Shown here in pieces: positions 47,600 to 60,452 of a stretch of DNA of 64,000 nucleotides (position 1 is its first letter; every line of letters begins with the position of its first letter). This DNA is from Podarcis muralis (Eukaryota). The notes under the pieces are model-generated. The model did not search any database, was not told the origin of the DNA, and saw only the letters and a program-made list of their open reading frames with translations. Both the position numbers and the translations under genes were made by a program. The stretch spans positions 75,020,001-75,084,000 of the forward strand of contig NC_135664.1 in NCBI RefSeq assembly GCF_964188315.1, given 5' to 3'.

Positions 47600-49224
47600 C
47601 AAGTGGTGTGGAAAGCAGACCACCAGATAATCATTTGAAATGTACATTCGCAGCACCGCTCCTTATTCTATCAGGAGGGTCTCTTTGCTCATCTGTTCCA
47701 AAGGTGCTCTGAGGATTGTACAAAGTGCAAAAATATTGACACACAAGTAGCATGCCCCCCTCATCCTTATAGGACTAATTTAGCCAGCTAGCCCTGGTGA
47801 TCATCTAATGTTTACTGGATGGATTTCCCCCCTAAATTAATTTTTGAATTCTGAATTTATTGTTATTCACGTTTTATGCTGCTTTTTGTTGCATCAATTA
47901 AGTCTTTTAAATTTGTTGTTAGCCGCCCTGAGCCCGGTTTTCTGAATCAGGAAGGGCGGGGTATAAATTAAAAAAAATTATTCATTTATTTCTTTATCCT
48001 TATTTACGTACACACTTTAACCATTAAATGAAGCAGATTTGACTATATGTTCTGCATTGTACACCAATGTATAAGCTCAAGACAAGACTCTCAATTTTCT
48101 GTTTACTGTTAAGGTATGTATAATTAAGCTCCTAATCACTACCCTTCCCATCCCCATCCAGACCTTTTGTTTGTTTATTGCATCATTCTGTATTATTTTT
48201 TAAAATTAAGTGCCTTTAGTATTTTGTGTTTGTGTTTGTGTTTTTTCCTTTTACTGTTTAATTAAATTTGCTTAGTAACATAACATTATTATATATATTC
48301 TATAAAACAAAGAATACAAAACAAAATTCATTCATACTACAATTCATAACTACATAACATTAATATATATGGTTTCTGAAAAAAGTGCCTTTAGTATTTT
48401 GTAAGCTATCCTTTACGGTTATTTTGATCTTTTTAAAACATTATTAAAAACATACACAATTTCCCCTAAAATGTTCCTCATTTTTTGTATGTTATTTTCA
48501 GCAACTTATACCTTTTTAGCCATGCTTTACCCTAGTTCAGACATTTTTTTTGCACGTTACTTGGCTGGAGATTTGCATTGCAAGATTTGGAGATGTTCAA
48601 ATTGAAAAGGCTGGCTGTGCTTTGATTCCCGTATTGTTTCAGAAAGTGTGAATTAAATGGAGATTGAATAGATTTTCTTCCACCTTCCCTAACCGAGAGC
48701 CTGGTTTGAACACTGGTATTCCCCAACCCCCTGGGACCCCACCCTTCGCTCATGACTCCAAACTTCTCTGCCAATTAAAAGAAAAACCCGAGGGGAGGGG
48801 GGAGAGGAGAGAGAGAAGAGAAATCTTTTTCTGGACCCTTTGATTTTTCTTTCTCCTGATGCAGATGTGTGTTCTTCAGGGCCAGCTCAGGCACTCAGTA
48901 TAAACCTGATTTCCTGCCAGAGTTGGACCCACACAATACAAGCAGGATGCAGCTTAGTTTTAGGGCATGTGATTGATGCTTGAAGAGCTGGGGACCTTTC
49001 TTTGGGAAGAACTCCTGCCCAACTCTCCTCACTGGGTTATCTGGATGAAGCATCAGCATCTAAAACTGACTTTCTCCACATCTTTCCAAAGGCAACAGGT
49101 GCCCCACCATTATCCATGCAGCAGGAAGGTGACAGGTGAGAAATGAAGAGAAATGAAGGCATCCATGAAGCAGCCCTCAGACCCAGGAAAGGTTTCCTTT
49201 GCGATGGGGGTGGGATAGGAATTG

Positions 49225-52200
49225 AACGACGTGGCCCAGGGAGAGAGGGAAAAATAGTGGAAGTGAACAGCTGGCTTCGCAAATGGTGTAAACAGGAATG
49301 GTTTGGATTCTTAGATCACGGACTGCAGTTTCTTGAAGATGGACTTCTGGCAAGCGATGGGCTGCACCTCACAACGGTTGGGTGGAATGTTTTTGCCAAA
49401 AATCTCAGAAACCTCACCAGGAGGGCTTTAAACTGACTAATGTGGGGGAGGGAGACAGTGCTCCTGAAGCTAGGAGTCTATCAATTGATGAAGATGATCA
49501 TCCAAATGTCATAGACCAAATGGAGCAAACAGCACGCAGACCTAGTGGTGGGAGGAAAAAATCCTTAAATAAGAGACACGGGGGAATGATTAATGGACTT
49601 CAATGTCTGTACACTAATGCACCAAGCATGGGAAATAAACAAGATGAGCTTGAGCTCTTGGTACAGCAAACTAAATATGACATAATAGGCATCACTGAAA
49701 CCTGGTGGGATAAGTCCCACGATTGGAATGTAATAATGGAGGGATACAATCTATTTCAGAGAAACAGACCAGACAAGAAAGGAGGAGGAGTGGTGTTATA
49801 TGTCAGGGATGTGTATACCCGTGAAGAGATCCAAGATTTAGAACCTCAAAGCCAAAGTGAGAGCATTTGGGTCAAAATTAAGGGAGAGAAGAATAACAGA
49901 GACCTCATTGTGGGAGTTTACTATAGATCCCCAAGCCAAACGGAGGACATAGATGATGCCTTCCTGGAACAGATGGCCAAGCATGCAAAAGGAAGGGAGA
50001 TAGTAGTAATGGGGGACTTCAATTACCCGGATATTTGTTGGATGTCAAACTCAGCCAAGAGCATAAGGTCAAACAGATTCCTCACTGGCCTTACAGACAA
50101 CTTCATTGTCCAGAAAGTGGGAGAAGCAACAAGAGGAACAGCCATTTTAGATCTGGTCCTAACCAATGTTGATGACCTGGTTAGTGGGGTAGAAGTAGAA
50201 GGATCATTAGGCGCGAGTGATCATGCTCTTCTGAAGTTTACTATACAGCAGAAAGGAGCAGCCAAACATACTAGGACTCAATTTCTTGACTTTAAGAAAG
50301 CCGACTTCATAAAACTTAGGGAAGTGCTGGGTGAGATCTCATGGACAGTAATACTAAAAGGAAAGGGAGTTCATGATGGCTGGGAGTTTGTTAAGAGGGA
50401 GATAGTAAAAGCACAACTTCAGGCAATACCAATGAGACGGAAACATGGAAGGTGCCTAAAGAAGCCAGGGTGGCTATCTAAAGAACTTTTAACTGAGTTA
50501 AGATTTAAAAAGGATGTGTACAAAAAATGGAAAAGGGGGGAAACCACCAAAGAGGAATTCAAACAAATAGCCAGCACATGTAGACAAAAAGTCAGAAAAG
50601 CTAAAGCACAGAATGAACTCAGGCTTGCTAGAGAGGTTAAAAGCAACAAAAAAGGCTTTTATGGGTATGTCCGTAGCAAAAGGAAGAACAAAGAAACCGT
50701 GGGGTCACTCAGAGGAGAAGATGGTGAAATGCAAACAGGGGACACAGAAAGGACTGAACTCCTCAATGCCTTATTTGCCTCAGTCTTCTCCGATAAAGAA
50801 AACAATGCCCGACCTGAAGAATTTGGAGCAAATGATTCAGCAGAGGAAACACAGCCCAGAATAACTAAGGAGATAGTACAAGAATACTTGGCTAGTCTAG
50901 ATGTATTCAAGTCTCCAGGGCCAGATGAACTGCATCCAAGAGTATTAAAAGAACTGGCAGATGTAATCTCAGAACCACTGGCAGTCATCTTTGAGAATTC
51001 CTGGAGAACAGGCGAAGTCCCGGCAGACTGGAGGAGGGCAAATGTTGTCCCTATTTTCAAAAAGGGGGAAAGAGAGGACCCAAATAATTATCGCTCAGTC
51101 AGTCTGACATCAATACCAGGGAAGATTCTGGAGCAGATCATTAAGCAAACAGTCTGTGAGCACCTAGAAAGGAATGCTGTGATCACCAATAGTCAGCATG
51201 GATTTCTGAAAAATAAGTCATGTCAGACTAACCTGATCTCGTTTTTTGACAGAATTACAAGCCTGGTAGATGAAGGGAACGCAGTGGATGTAGCCTACCT
51301 TGATTTCAGCAAGGCATTTGACAAGGTGCCCCATGATATTCTTGTAAAGAAGCTGGTAAAATGCGGTCTTGACTATGCTACCACTCAGTGGATTTGTAAC
51401 TGGCTGACTGACTGAACCCAAAGGGTGCTCATCAATGGTTCCTCTTCATCCTGGAGAAGAGTGACTAGTGGGGTGCCACAGGGTTCTGTCTTGGGCCCAG
51501 TCTTATTAAACATCTTTATCAACGACTTGGATGATGGACTCAAGGGCATCCTGATCAAATTTGCAGATGACACCAAACTGGGAGGGGTGGCTAACACCCC
51601 AGAGGACAGGATCACACTTCAAAACGACCTTGACAGATTAGAGAACTGGGCCAAAACAAACAAGATGAACTTTAACAGGGAGAAATGTAAAGTATTGCAC
51701 TTGGGCAAAAAAAAATGAGAGGCACAAATACAAGATGGGTGACACCTGGCTTGAGAGCAGTACATGTGAAAAGGATCTAGGAGTCTTGGTTGACCACAAA
51801 CTTGACATGACCCAACAGTGTGACGCGGCAGCTAAAAAAGCCAATACAATTCTGGGCTGCATCAATAGGAGTATAGCATCTAGATCAAGGGAAGTAATAG
51901 TGCCACTGTATTCTGCTCTGGTCAGACCTCACCTGGAGCACTGTGTCCAGTTCTGGGCAACACAGTTCAAGAAGGACACTGACAAACTGGAACGTGTCCA
52001 GAAGAGGGCAACCAAAATGGTCAAAGGCCTGGAAACGATGCCTTATGATGAACGGCTAAGGGAGCTGGGCATGTTTAGCCTGGAGAAGAGGAGGTTAAGG
52101 GGTGATATGATAGCCATGTTCAAATATATAAAAGGATGTCACATAGAGGAGGGAGAAAGGTTGTTTTCTGCTGCTCCAGAGAAGCGGACACGGAGCAATG

Positions 52201-52446
52201 GATCCAAACGACAAGAAAGAAGATTCCACCTAAACATTAGGAAGAACTTCCTGACAGTAAGAGCTGTTCGACAGTGGAATTTGCTGCCAAGGAGTGTGGT
52301 GGAGTCTCCTTCTTTGGAGGTCTTTAAGCAGAGGCTTGACAACCATATGTCAGGAGTGCTCTGATGGTGTTTCCTGCTTGGCAGGGGGTTGGACTCGATG
52401 GCCCTTGTGGTCTATTCCAACTCTATGATTCTATGATTCTATGATT
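49225..52446 (+). mobile_element. CR1 LINE, duplicate of 39640-42857
   Basis: Same 5' truncation point, same premature TGA (51413-15) and A9 frameshift; lacks the 4 bp deletion. Confidence 0.97.
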
Positions 52447-52579
52447 TGGCGATCAACCTTCTTTAAGGTCCAGCTCTCACTTCCATACATCACTACTGGG
52501 AAAACCGGAGCTTTAACTATACGGACCTTTGTCAGCAAGGTGATGTCTCTGCTTTTTAAGATGCTGTCTAGGTTTTCTG

Positions 52580-52702
52580 TCTACACCTTTTCTCCTACTT
52601 CATGCATTTTTATACACATTAATTGACTGCATTTACTGTGTTTTTCATATTTTGTTGGGTGCTGCCCAGAGTGGCTGGGGCAACCCAGGTAGGTGGGTGG
52701 CA

Positions 52703-52745
<43 letters not shown>

Positions 52746-55700
52746 GCAAAATCTGGACAAGTGCAAATTTCAAAGCCTGTGTTCCAGAAAGTGTGAATTA
52801 GAAAGGATCACCTTAATTGCAAACTGAATTGTCCCTAAGGGCCTCGTTTGAACACGGCTGTTTGCAACCCCCTTGGGCTCCACCCCATACCCTTGATGCC
52901 AGTGTTTTCTGCCAGGAAAAAGGAAGCCCAGGGGGGAGATGATCCCCCCCCCCGGACTCCTTGATCTTCATTCCTTGTGATGCAAATGCATGTTCTCCAG
53001 GGGATACTCAAACAATAAAAGCCATATTACCTTCCAGACTGGGACCCACAGGATACAGGCAGGACACTGGGTCAGTTTTAAGGTATGTGGGGATGCAGGA
53101 AGGACAGTGCGTTGGGTCAGCAGGAAATGGAGACCTTCCTTTGGGCAGAAAATGAGTGACAGCCAGGTGTGTCTCTCGTTCTGACAGGAGGGATCCTGCA
53201 ACCCACCCATCCTCTTCATTCCCCTCACCTTCTCTGGTTGTAGAATCCTCCTGCCTTGCTCTCCTCACCAGCTCACCTGGAAGGAGCATCAGCATCCGAA
53301 ACTGTCTCCTCACCTGTCCCAGAGCAGCAGCTGTCATAGCCGTCATCCAAGTTCATTCGGCAGGAAGATGTCAGGTGAGGAGCAGAGAAATGAAGGGACC
53401 CACAAAGTAACCTCCAAACTTAGGAAATTCTTTATTTGCCACAAGGGTAGATTGGGGAGGAATCACTCGCCTGTCTGCACCAGTTCATTTAAAACCAGGC
53501 AAACGTCTTATCTGCTGCTGTGCAATACTGTGCCTGATGTTTAAAACAACTTGAAAAATGAAGAAATAAGCTAAGATGCCTAATGTTCAGCTCACATTCA
53601 GGGGAGCAAACTGGTGACATCCCCCCCCCCCCCCAGTGTTAAGCACTGGGTCGGTTTCAGGTTTCTCTCCATTTCTCATTTTTCCACTGCAAAATTCAGG
53701 TCTACACATTTCCACATCAGTTTGGGAATTTTTATTTATTTATATACATTTTTTAAAAAAAAATGCCATCTTGAGAATCCACCAGCATTTTAGTGCAATG
53801 TTCTCCTAATATACAAATTTGATAGCGATTTTGCTCAAGATACACATTTTTGCAAAGCCATTTCCTCTAACATAATGCCTGTTGGTTTGCTATCTGAACT
53901 CAGGCATGTATTTGCATCTGCACTCAGACCCAGTAGATATAATTATTGACTGGAGAACTGGGTTGCAAAATTCAGAGAAGAGTGAATTTCGCAGTGTGTC
54001 TGTTTCTCGGGAGGTTTGCCTTCCCATGCAATCCGAGACTCACGCAGCGCCCATCCCTAGTCCAGAGTGGTTTTATGCATCGGCCTTATTCATCGGCTGC
54101 AGATTTGCAACAGACACCCCCACTCCCCCACACACAAAAAAGTACTGCCAGAGTAAGTGGGACGTTGGCAACAGCAGCTACTGAAGAGCCTGGCCCACTG
54201 ACAGCACTGCAGGGCTGTTGTGTTGCACTTGGACAAGGAAGGGGGTGTGCGAGGGTTCTCTTGGTCATCCCTCAATCACGGTCAGTGGTTCCCAAAGGGG
54301 GCACTAAGAGGCAAGTGGGCAGCAGAGATGTGCTGTGCTGTGCTGTTGTGTTGTGACCAATAGGTCCTTTTAATGTTTTGATGTTTAGCATAAATGAGAC
54401 CAATAGTGCACTCTAGGAAAGCACAAGTAAACCTCAGACAACCAATATTGGATTTTCTACAGCATTGCTTTACTGATTAACAAACATAACAAGACAGGGA
54501 ACATGCATTCAACCACACACACAACCTCACACACATCTATACTCACCACTCTTCAACTGGATTGATCAGATCCAGTAAGAGTCGTGGGTGGCAGACGACA
54601 GCGCTGTCATATGTCCGGCACGCACCTGAGGCTGGAGGGCTTTGATATTTATACATCTTGTTTGTTCATCTGACACATGGCAACTCCTGATGCTTACACA
54701 ACTCCTTGTTGTTGGCATCTCACATCCTTACTCTTGTCGACATCTCATCCTTGTCCTTGGCAGCATCTCACAACTCTGAACTTATCTGAATGTTTTGTAA
54801 AGGTGTACAGCCCAGTACCAAGCCTCCTTGTGCTGTTGTGTTCCAGCACACTCTGTTTTTGCCCAAACATCAAGATGTTTTCCACATTTCATTAGCGCTT
54901 ATACAACACAGTTCGTGATCACTTCAAAGACAGATCAAAGACACCGCTTCCATTTTGTGGTGTTTTCAGCCATCTTTTTGGCCAATGCAAACCATACCAT
55001 TCACTACATGTGCAAAGGACTATTAGACTATGGAAAGCTGGTATCACTGGTTCAAGTTTGTCAATTAAATTTATTAAACTAAATAGTTTTAAGTGGGTTT
55101 TGAATAAACATGCAAGTAGTTGTCACTGTTTCAAATCTTATTGCATTATTATCTTCTTTAGCAAATTGTGCAAAGTCCCATTCTGAATAATGCTTTCGAT
55201 AGGGTAGGGTAAATACGGACAAGTTTATGGAACCAAGGGGGTACTAGCCCCAAAATACTTTGGGAACCACTGATCTAGGTTCAGGCCATGTGGTGTTTCT
55301 GTGCCCAGTGTGTACATTCATAACATCAATGACAGTTGTGGAGTCATTCTTGTATACCAAGTGATTTTGTTCTATAAGGAGGTGTTTCTGGAGTGAATCT
55401 TTTGAAACTCCCAATTTCTACTACTACAAAAAAAAAAAAGCGGAACAAGCTCTTGCTAAGTACTTTAATTCTGAGAATGATAGAGGGAGGTCATCATTGC
55501 CCAGAGGGCTTGTGGCAAAAATGGCAAACCAATGGCTTGAGGGAACTGTTATCCCCCGCCCCCTGCCCAAGGACCAGACCTCCTCCAAGGTTACCCAGAC
55601 ACCACCAATTGCTCTTACTGACAAGGTTAGTTGTTGGGATCTAAAAAGCAGGGGTGCAGGGTGGGAGAGGGGAGCAGAGTTGCCCAACCATCTTGGGAGC

Positions 55701-55860
55701 TGCCCTTTCTGGCTGGGAAGCCCAGAACCTAAGAGCTGGGCTGGGGCTCTTGGTCTTGGCTGCTCCACAAAGAAGGATAGATTCCACCTGCATGTATTCA
55801 TCCTGGTTTTGCCCCCATTCATCTCGCTTCCTTCTTGGTTCTCCTCTCAGAGCTGACCCT
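52580..55860 (+). repeat. Third copy of the OR upstream block
   Basis: Colinear with 32580-37058 and 42990-46642; ~170 bp deletion near 55483. Confidence 0.93.
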
Positions 55861-55861
55861 G

Positions 55862-56818
55862 ATGGAGAGAAGCAGCAATCAGACGCTACTTGTGGCCGAA
55901 TTCATCTTCCTGGGTTTCTCTGGGGTCCACAAAGGTCAGGTCTTCTTCTTCCTGCTCTTTCTGACCATCTACCTCATCACCCTGGTGGGAAACTCCATGA
56001 TTTTCACTCTGATCCAACTGGATTCGCGCCTCCACAGTCCCATGTACTTTTTCCTCAGCCATTTATCCTGCTTGGACATCTGCTACTCGTCCGTCACTGT
56101 CCCCAAGATCCTGGTGAACTTCCTGCGCCAGAGACACACCATTTCCTACAACCAGTGCATGGCCCAGATGTTCTTCCTGATGACCTTTGCGGGGTCCGAG
56201 TGCGCCCTGCTGGCCGTCATGGCCTACGACCGCTATGCCGCCATTTGTCAACCCTTGCACTATGCTCACCTGATGAGCAGAAGAGTGTGTGTCCCTCTGG
56301 CCACGGCTACTTGGATCTGGGGCCTCTTGGACTCTGCCATTCACACCGCACTCTCCACCAACCTGGCCTTCTGTGGGGCCAACCAGATCCACCACATCTT
56401 CTGCGATGTCCCTCCTCTTCTGCAAATCGCTTGCAGCGATACCTACGTCAACGAGATGGCTCTTCACATAGCGAACGTTTTTATGGGCATGGCCCCTTTC
56501 CTCCTGGTGGTCGTCTCCTATATCTTCATTCTGTCGGCCATCCTTCGGATCCGCTCCAACACTGGCAGGCACAAGGCCTTTTCCACTTGTGCCGCCCACC
56601 TAGTTGTGGTCATCATCTATTTTGGGATGGCCGATGTGAACTACAACCGCCCAAGCGCAGGCTACTCCTTGGAAGTGGACACCCTGATCTCCACTCTCTA
56701 CTGCATCATCATCCCCATGTTGAATCCTGTCATCTACAGCCTCCGCAACAAGGAGGTGAAGGAAGCCCTGAGGAAAGTTCTGGGGGGCTTGAAGAAGGGC
56801 TTTGGTTTCCCTCACTAA
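55862..56818 (+). CDS. Olfactory receptor OR-G, 318 aa, intact (ATG 55862)
   Basis: All OR motifs; N-half like OR-F, C-terminus related to OR-D. Confidence 0.97.
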   Translation: MERSSNQTLLVAEFIFLGFSGVHKGQVFFFLLFLTIYLITLVGNSMIFTLIQLDSRLHSPMYFFLSHLSCLDICYSSVTVPKILVNFLRQRHTISYNQCMAQMFFLMTFAGSECALLAVMAYDRYAAICQPLHYAHLMSRRVCVPLATATWIWGLLDSAIHTALSTNLAFCGANQIHHIFCDVPPLLQIACSDTYVNEMALHIANVFMGMAPFLLVVVSYIFILSAILRIRSNTGRHKAFSTCAAHLVVVIIYFGMADVNYNRPSAGYSLEVDTLISTLYCIIIPMLNPVIYSLRNKEVKEALRKVLGGLKKGFGFPH

Positions 56819-56934
56819 CAGGGATTCCTCTTGGGCCTAGCACCCCTGGGGAAATTCCCCTTTGCGAGTTCAAGTATGGAGGCTCACACCACAAGCGATC
56901 TGACTTAGCAGTGCATCACTGGACAGAGTCCGCA

Positions 56935-57410
56935 GAGTCTGTACCAAAATCCCAAAGGAGCAGAAAAGACTTTTCATGTATGCAACTACTGCCACACGGA
57001 TGCTATTAGCCCAGAGATGGAAAGAAGTTATAGTCCCTACCAGAGTAGAATGGCAAACCAAGCTGTTGGCGTACGCCAAAATGGCAAAACTGACTGGAAG
57101 GCTCAAGAACCAAGACGATAAAAACTTCAAGATAGAATGGGGAAAATTTATAATTTATTTAGGAGACCACTGTAAGCAGATGAAAACATTAGCAGGATTC
57201 TAATAACACTTGTAATGCAACTAATATTATGGACGATATTGAGAGGTATAAAATAAGGATGATGAAATAATATGCAGTTGAAAATGTTGACAATAGGACC
57301 CATGGAGGGGATGGTGGGAAGTCTGGAGATTCATAGAAATCTCAAAATATGGATATGTATTGGGTATTGTTATAACTCTACACTTGTAAAATCAAATGAA
57401 AATTATTTCA
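56935..57410 (+). mobile_element. L1-type LINE 3' end
   Basis: KRLFMYATTATRMLLAQRWK..KMAKLT..IEWGKF..LAGF* followed by an A-rich UTR. Confidence 0.75.
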
Positions 57411-57807
57411 AAGAGTCTGCAAGAGCATTTCCATACATTATATAGCCAAATGCACGCCATCTTTGTTGTTTAGTCTCTACCCAACTGCTCTCTACCACCC
57501 TGGCACTTAGCCATCTCTCATCCAGCCACAGCCCATGAAATACAACTTTCTCAACCCATTGTTGTTGTTTTTACTATACATATCAGAACACACACATCCT
57601 AGCACGCTTAACAAACTACAGTATTCCTTGAGGCAAACCATGCACTTTAAATGTATGGTGTGTCTGTGATCTTTGAATTGGTTCTTTGGCTTGGCTTGTA
57701 TGGTGAGGTGGCGATGATGATCATTATTATTTATTCCCTGCCCATCTGACCGGATTGCCCCAGATCTCGTTTCTGGCCCTGAGACCCCAGGGGGAGATAT
57801 GGTGGAC

Positions 57808-57814
<7 letters not shown>

Positions 57815-57853
<39 letters not shown>
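57815..57853 (+). repeat. (TG)n microsatellite
   Basis: Dinucleotide run. Confidence 0.95.
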
Positions 57854-57856
<3 letters not shown>

Positions 57857-58189
57857 AATGGAATCAGAAAAGTTGCCTTCCTACAGGCTGACAGGTCTTC
57901 CTGGAAGCCTGTTGCAAGTGAAAAAGGCCCTAGAATTAAAGGAGGTTTTAGGGCCACCCAAAAGCAAAATGTGCATCTGCCCACAGCCATGTAGGGATCT
58001 TGAGACCTTCAGAAATGAGCGTGAAGCTTCACAAGCGACTCTTCATTTTTAATAGCTGAGGGATCAATGTGGGTGAGTATTCTTAGGAACCCTGAGGACT
58101 CTTTTGAAAGCACGCAGTTAATTCTGCTTTGTGGCAAATTCTGAAACCTGTGCCCATCAAAATGGAGAGGCGCCAACTCAGAGCACCGC

Positions 58190-58300
58190 CTTCCCCAACC
58201 TGACGCCCTCCAGATGCTCTGAACTACAACTCCCATTAGCCCCAACTATCACAGCCGCATGGGGCTGATGGAACGGTAGTCCAAAATGACTGCAGAGCAG
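58190..58300. mobile_element. Palindromic MITE remnant
   Basis: ccctccagatgctctgaactacaactcccattagcccc..ggggctgatggaacggtagtccaaaatgactgcagag forms a degenerate hairpin. Confidence 0.55.
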
Positions 58301-58627
58301 CAGAAGGCTGACATATTCTATCCACCACATGCAAGAGATTTGAGTTAATATAAATGACTTTCTTCTTCTTTTTTTATCCCTTTATGCACACTGTGTATGA
58401 TGTGTCATGCATGTTTTTCCCCTGGTAGAGCATTGCAAGATGAGCAACACAAAAAGATAAGCAGGGCTTCCCCTCCACCTATGTTGCAAAGTGTGTGTGT
58501 CTGTGCGATCACACACACACAATATCTGGATGCAGGTAGGTAGCTGTGTTGGTCTGATGCAGTCAAAATAATAATAATAATAATAAATTGTCCAGTAGCA
58601 CCTTAGAGACCAACTAAGTTTGTTCTG

Positions 58628-58667
58628 GGTATAAGCTTTCATGTGCATACAGACTTCTTCAGATACC
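58628..58667 (-). ncRNA. Minimal hammerhead ribozyme motif (Penelope terminus), core intact, helix II degenerate
   Basis: GGTAT-CTGAAGA-A-GTCTG TATG CACAT-GAAA-GC-T-T-ATACC on the minus strand. Confidence 0.65.
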
Positions 58668-59071
58668 TGAAGGTTAGATTGGCAGAACTGACACTGCTAC
58701 TGGTATCGCATGATACCCATTTATATATCTTTGGAACCCCCCGCCTATTGATCACAGGCAGGTGCCTTCACTATATGCCTGCTAAAAACTGTTTAGACAA
58801 GCCTACCCCTTTGCTTAGAAAGTTGGTGTGAGTTTTCACCTGTTTTTAGTCTATGCTTATCTCGAATGTCTGGAATTATTGCTGCCAACTGTTTAGTATC
58901 CTTTTTTGCAAACTGCTCTGAGGTTTTCTGACAATCAAGTGGTGTGCACATTTTATGAAATAAAAAAAGACCCCACTCCCCCTGCCCCTGCCTTTCCGAA
59001 CCCCAGGGAGCCCTCCCCCAAATATAATATAGCCACTTACCTCCTCTTCTCAACAACTTCTCCATGACAAA

Positions 59072-59111
59072 GGTATCTGAAGAAGTTTGCATGCACACAA
59101 AAGCTTATACC
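59072..59111 (+). ncRNA. Degenerate hammerhead motif (core GAAA mutated to AAAA), probably inactive
   Basis: GGTAT-CTGAAGA-A-GTTTG CATG CACAC-AAAA-GC-T-T-ATACC. Confidence 0.55.
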
Positions 59112-59736
59112 CAGAACAAACTTAGTTGGTCTCTAAGGTGCTACTGGACAATTTTTTAATTTTTTAATGCAATATCTGGTGATGCAGCACCTGAGGTTGC
59201 CCAGAACAAGGCAGCTGAGCTTGTGTTTTGCACACCCTCTCCAGCCCTTGAACTTCGCTGGCTCCTTCCCAGAATTTTAAAACTTCCAGCTGCGTTTTTT
59301 CATTTGTGCATCACTGTACTGCTTCGAGCGATCTAGCGGTGGGGTTTCCTTTGCTGGAGGTTTCCAAGCAGAGGTTATTTAGCCATGATTCCTGCACTGC
59401 AGGGGGTTGGACTAGATGACCCGCAGGGTCCCTTCCAACTCTACACTCCTATGATTTGGTGGAGAGCTGAATTAGGCAGCTGCGGTTCCTTCAGAAAGAG
59501 ACAACAGGAAGGAAGCATCAAGCCCGGAGGCAGCCTGAGCAAATTCGGAAACTGCACTTGGAAGGAAAAGCACATATATATATTTCAATGAATTGGGAGA
59601 TTCTTGCAAGGGGAAAGCCAAGCTCTTCTCTACTCTGGGGCTGGATTGGAGCCTACTGGTGTGAAACAGAAGGACACTGGGGTGGGGGCACAGCGGGGCT
59701 GGGGCACGCGGCGTTTCCATTTCACAATGGAGAGCT

Positions 59737-59873
59737 TCAAGGCAGCAGCTCCACATAGTTGGCTGGGAACAGGCCATGCCTGCCATGGCAGGATCCGCGC
59801 CACCAGCCCTCGTCGACTTGCTCGATGTCCGTGATGGTGTCTCCAGGGTCGAAGGAAATCTCATCGTCCCCAT
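59737..59873 (-). CDS. HCLS1: Last coding exon of a cortactin/HS1-family gene (SH3 C-terminus); best fit HCLS1, orthology not established
   Basis: Acceptor ..cccttttgtcag| then (D)[59 protein letters not shown] and YQG fit HCLS1 better than CTTN or DBNL. Confidence 0.8.
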
Positions 59874-59971
59874 CTGACAAAAAGGGGGAGGGGAAAAGAG
59901 GGTGGGTCAGTTAGTTGGGATTCCCTCCTCTCCCGCGCAGCGGTCTGGGTACCACAGCAGGGTTACAGAAG

Positions 59972-60452
59972 TGTCAAGCAATGATTCCTCAACATCAACT
60001 TTGTTGGACTGGTCATGTTGTGCGGATGCCTGATGATCGTCTTCCAAAGCAACTACTCTATTCTGAACTTAAAAATGGAAAACGGAATGCTGGTGGTCAA
60101 CAAAAGAGGTTTAAAGACTCTCTCAAGGCAAATCTAAAAAATGTTGTTTACACACCAACAATTGGGAAACACTGTCCTGCGAGCGTTCCAGTTGGAGAAC
60201 AGCCTTGACCAAAGGTGTCATGGGCTTTGAAGACACTCGAACTCAGGACACAAGGGAGAAACGTGCTAAGAGGAAGGCACACTTGGCAAATCCACACCAG
60301 GATCAACTCCCGCCCGGGAACCAATGTCCCCACTGTGAAAGGACGTGTGGATCCACAATTGGCCTCCACAGTCACTTATGGACTCATTGTTAAAACCATG
60401 TTTATGGAAGACAATCTTACTTGGCTACAAGGGATCGCCAAAGAAGAAGAAG
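59972..60452 (+). mobile_element. RTE-clade (non-BovB) LINE 3' fragment in the last intron of the HCLS1-like gene
   Basis: QHQLCWTGHVVRMPDDRLPKQLLYSELKNGKRNAGGQQKRFKDSLK; (GAA)n tail; TSD acagaag (59965-71, 60453-59). Confidence 0.88.

Larger units (their letters stand above)
42990..52575 (+). repeat. Segmental duplication unit 2 (upstream block + OR-F + flank + CR1 + BovB piece)
   Basis: Colinear with unit 1. Confidence 0.95.
58530..59169 (-). mobile_element. Composite insertion: inverted Penelope-type termini enclosing ~400 bp copied sequence
   Basis: 84 bp inverted arms 58585-58668 and 59071-59154; direct repeat caatatctgg at 58520-29 and 59170-79; the interior duplicates 60925-61323. 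Confidence 0.8.

Noticed and set aside
39767-52364. CR1 copies as active autonomous elements
   Set aside because: Both are 5'-truncated and share an in-frame stop and a frameshift within RT.
59472-59873. 133 aa minus-strand ORF starting MGTMRF
   Set aside because: Its ATG is the first bases of a spliced exon read in the wrong frame; the correct frame gives the SH3 domain.
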